A stretch of DNA of 64,000 nucleotides from an uncultured Nitrososphaerales archaeon (GTDB lineage Archaea > Thermoproteota > Nitrososphaeria > Nitrososphaerales > Nitrososphaeraceae). This document shows positions 61,597 to 64,000 of the stretch, one piece after another. Each line of letters begins with the position of its first letter. Positions within the stretch are counted from its first letter, which is position 1. The position numbers were made by a program, and so were the translations under genes. The stretch spans positions 448,001 to 512,000 of the forward strand of contig CAVOHZ010000008.1 in the NCBI GenBank assembly GCA_963695855.1, read 5' to 3'. The notes beneath the pieces were generated by a model. The model saw only the letters and a program-made list of their open reading frames with translations, did not search any database and was not told the origin of the DNA.

Positions 61597-62250
61597 TTGA
61601 ATAAAAATAATTATAGTATGATTTTGGGTTTTTTATTCTTGATAATACTGACAATCCAATTTTCTAGTCGACAACAAAATATACTAGCACAAATGGGAAA
61701 TTCAAATTCTGCGGAATGAATTCCAAATCGTACAACGGTAAAGCCAAATGTGGATGTGTCTATTGAAGGTACTGAAAATGATGACAAGATTAAAGGTGGA
61801 GAAAGTAATGATAAAATTTCTGGGAAAGATGGAGGTGATAAATTAAACGGTGTCTTAGGAAATGATGTTCTGAAAGGCTATGCTGGAGCTGATAAGATAA
61901 ATGGAGATTTTGGAAATGATAAATTAGCTGGAGGTGCGGGAAATGATCTCTTACAAGGAAAAGGAGGTAACGACAAGATCAAAGGTGGATCAGGTAATGA
62001 CAAGATAAAGGGAAGTGCAGGAGCTGATAAAATACAAGGTGGAGAACGTATGTATACTGTTGACGGAGTAAAGGGTAAAGATAAACTGGAGGGAGGCAAA
62101 GGTGCAGACGCATTTATGTGTAATACTGAAGACACATTTAAGGATTTTAATTCACAAGAAGGAGATTCAATTACCGGTGTGTGCTCGCCTGTCGATGAAC
62201 GAATTCCTAATTTAAACAAACTCGCATCAGAAAATAATAGCCAATTTTAA
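61597..62250 (+). pseudogene. Secreted RTX/hemolysin-type Ca-binding repeat protein interrupted by an in-frame TGA (61717-61719)
   Basis: Signal-peptide-like N-terminus in frame with ORF 61750-62250; multiple GG.GND.L/I nonapeptides. Confidence 0.7.
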
Positions 62251-62591
62251 GAATTTTTCTTTTCACCCATTATTATTTATATTTTATATCTAGGTGGTTT
62301 TTGAGTAGATCTTCTGTAGTTGAATATATTACCTACCAAAATCAATGAAATATATCCCTTGAATTAAATATAATTAAAACTTCATATAATTTTAATCAAA
62401 CATTTATAGGTAATATTTATAGAGAATTGAATTGTAGATCCTATATATAGTTAAATATAAAAATAGATTATAATGTCTATCTGTGATGATACAATGTTAT
62501 TGTCATATTTATCATTTAAATTTCATCACATTTTCATCTTAGATTCTATCAAACTTACGATCTCTTTAACTCTCCTGAATCTAGCAAGGTA

Positions 62592-63242
62592 TTGATTCAT
62601 ATGTTAGTAAAACTAAATTTAAAATATTCTATTTTCATCCTGGTTTTTATCGGATTTTTAGTATTCTCCAATCTGATCTTCGATGAAATAGACGCTAAGA
62701 AGTCAAATGATAAATCAAAGAAAAAAATATCCATTTGCTGTACATGGGGACATACATTGGAAGATGGAACGCTCACTTATGTTATTAAAAATGGTGACAA
62801 TGCTCTCCATAAAATCGTAAAATCATCTTTAAATGACTGGGAAAATGCGGTATCAGTTTTACACTTCCAAGAGGTAGATGATAGTGTAAATCATGATATT
62901 TCCATAGATTTTAAGAAAGGAAAAGGAAAAAAAGTAGGTAAAACAGTTACATATTTTGATAACAAAGGGTTTATTGATCATGTGGAAATATCACTATCAA
63001 AAAAATCCTACGGAGTCAAATTAGATAAAACTATTTTAGAACATATTACTAAACATGAGATCGGTCATTCTCTGGGATTAGGACATGCTAATTTCAAAAA
63101 TACTCTGATGTCTCCTGTTGTTAATGAGGTTACTACAAAAATATCAAAGTGTGAAATTGATGCTGTAAAGAATGCCAATGAATGGAAATTCGAAAATAAT
63201 AATTCTCATTCCTCCGCTGAGAAATCCTTCAAATGTAAATAA
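62592..63242 (+). CDS. Secreted matrixin/M10-like zinc metalloprotease
   Basis: Signal/TM N-terminus; HEIGHSLGLGH zinc motif and Met-turn (TLMSP). Confidence 0.88.
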   Translation: MIHMLVKLNLKYSIFILVFIGFLVFSNLIFDEIDAKKSNDKSKKKISICCTWGHTLEDGTLTYVIKNGDNALHKIVKSSLNDWENAVSVLHFQEVDDSVNHDISIDFKKGKGKKVGKTVTYFDNKGFIDHVEISLSKKSYGVKLDKTILEHITKHEIGHSLGLGHANFKNTLMSPVVNEVTTKISKCEIDAVKNANEWKFENNNSHSSAEKSFKCK

Positions 63243-64000
63243 TGCTCTATTCATTGGTAACTGTCAATTGACTGCAAGTAAACATTCGATTTCTAGAACA
63301 ATACTTTTTGATTTTAGAATTTTTTTATTATATCATAGCTTGTACACGTATAATTGTTTTGTTTTGTCTATCATTGGTCACATAGGAAATTATTCATAAA
63401 GATCGAACCTCCACCGATCATGATAATTGCCTAATCCCGTTATACTTTTCTTCAATGCTGGAATTAGATAATTTTTCAATCTGATTAAATTAAATAACTT
63501 AATTCAATATCCGATTTCATCGTATGAATATAATATCGACGTTTCTTTTTAACCAGTAATATGACATATTTTTGAACTAAAAATAAATGTTTCTAAAAAT
63601 TGGAATTCAAAATTATTTATTGGATGGTTCTCCATAACTTTTACTCGTGATGTGAGTTTTAGATCACGAATTTTGGATGTTATAATGTTGCAAATCTATT
63701 TGGCTCTTAAAATCTACTAATAATTTTTGTGTTTGATTCGAGTTTATTCAATCTTATGACGACATATAATAATATAATAAAATTTATTTACTATGAAGCT
63801 ATATTTCTACAATCTACCAATAAAAACTAGATATAATTCGTGTGTTTCAGTACTTTGAGATATTGTATTTCTCGGTCGTAATTAGTAATAACGTTGGAGA
63901 AAAGATTACTACTTAAGCTTCATTATTAAATTGATGAAAAAACTATTTTGCTATATCACATTGATTAGCTAATATATTTTCGCATTTCCTGCTAATCTAT

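Noticed and set aside
61717-61719. Selenocysteine recoding of the in-frame TGA
   Set aside because: Lies in a linker with no redox-Cys context; no SECIS or Sec machinery is evident in the window
2618-62219. Numerous short ORFs overlapping well-supported genes (e.g. 2618-2992, 7145-7402, 15305-15649, 25887-26240, 30024-30347, 32106-32399, 49417-49737, 61878-62219)
   Set aside because: Antisense or alternate-frame shadows of conserved CDSs with no independent motifs

Overview
AT-rich archaeal chromosome segment, most consistent with an ammonia-oxidising archaeon of the Nitrososphaeraceae (Nitrosocosmicus-like). The assignment rests on an ADP-forming 3-hydroxypropionyl-CoA synthetase, archaeal TBP, DnaG, ABCE1, Dph2 and Lsm, a stand-alone 5S rRNA and an SRP RNA. 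Positions ~2-33 kb and ~49-59.5 kb are mostly core genes: translation, non-oxidative pentose phosphate pathway (with a transketolase-N/Rpe fusion), cofactor synthesis and two tandem AAA+/vWA pairs. Positions ~33-49 kb form an IS-rich island (two inverted IS1595/ISH4 copies, plus IS630, IS6, IS110 and IS481 remnants) around nitrogen-assimilation genes (gdhA, nadE, glnA plus a split glutamate synthase-like operon). The top finding is an IS110 element (41090-42529) inserted precisely into the terminal inverted repeat of an IS6 element at a CA core. Its upstream non-coding end encodes a two-loop RNA whose segments match both halves of the target site exactly and the element's own circle junction in part. 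This reads as an archaeal bridge/seek RNA programmed against another transposon's end. All calls come from reading the sequence; no database searches were run.
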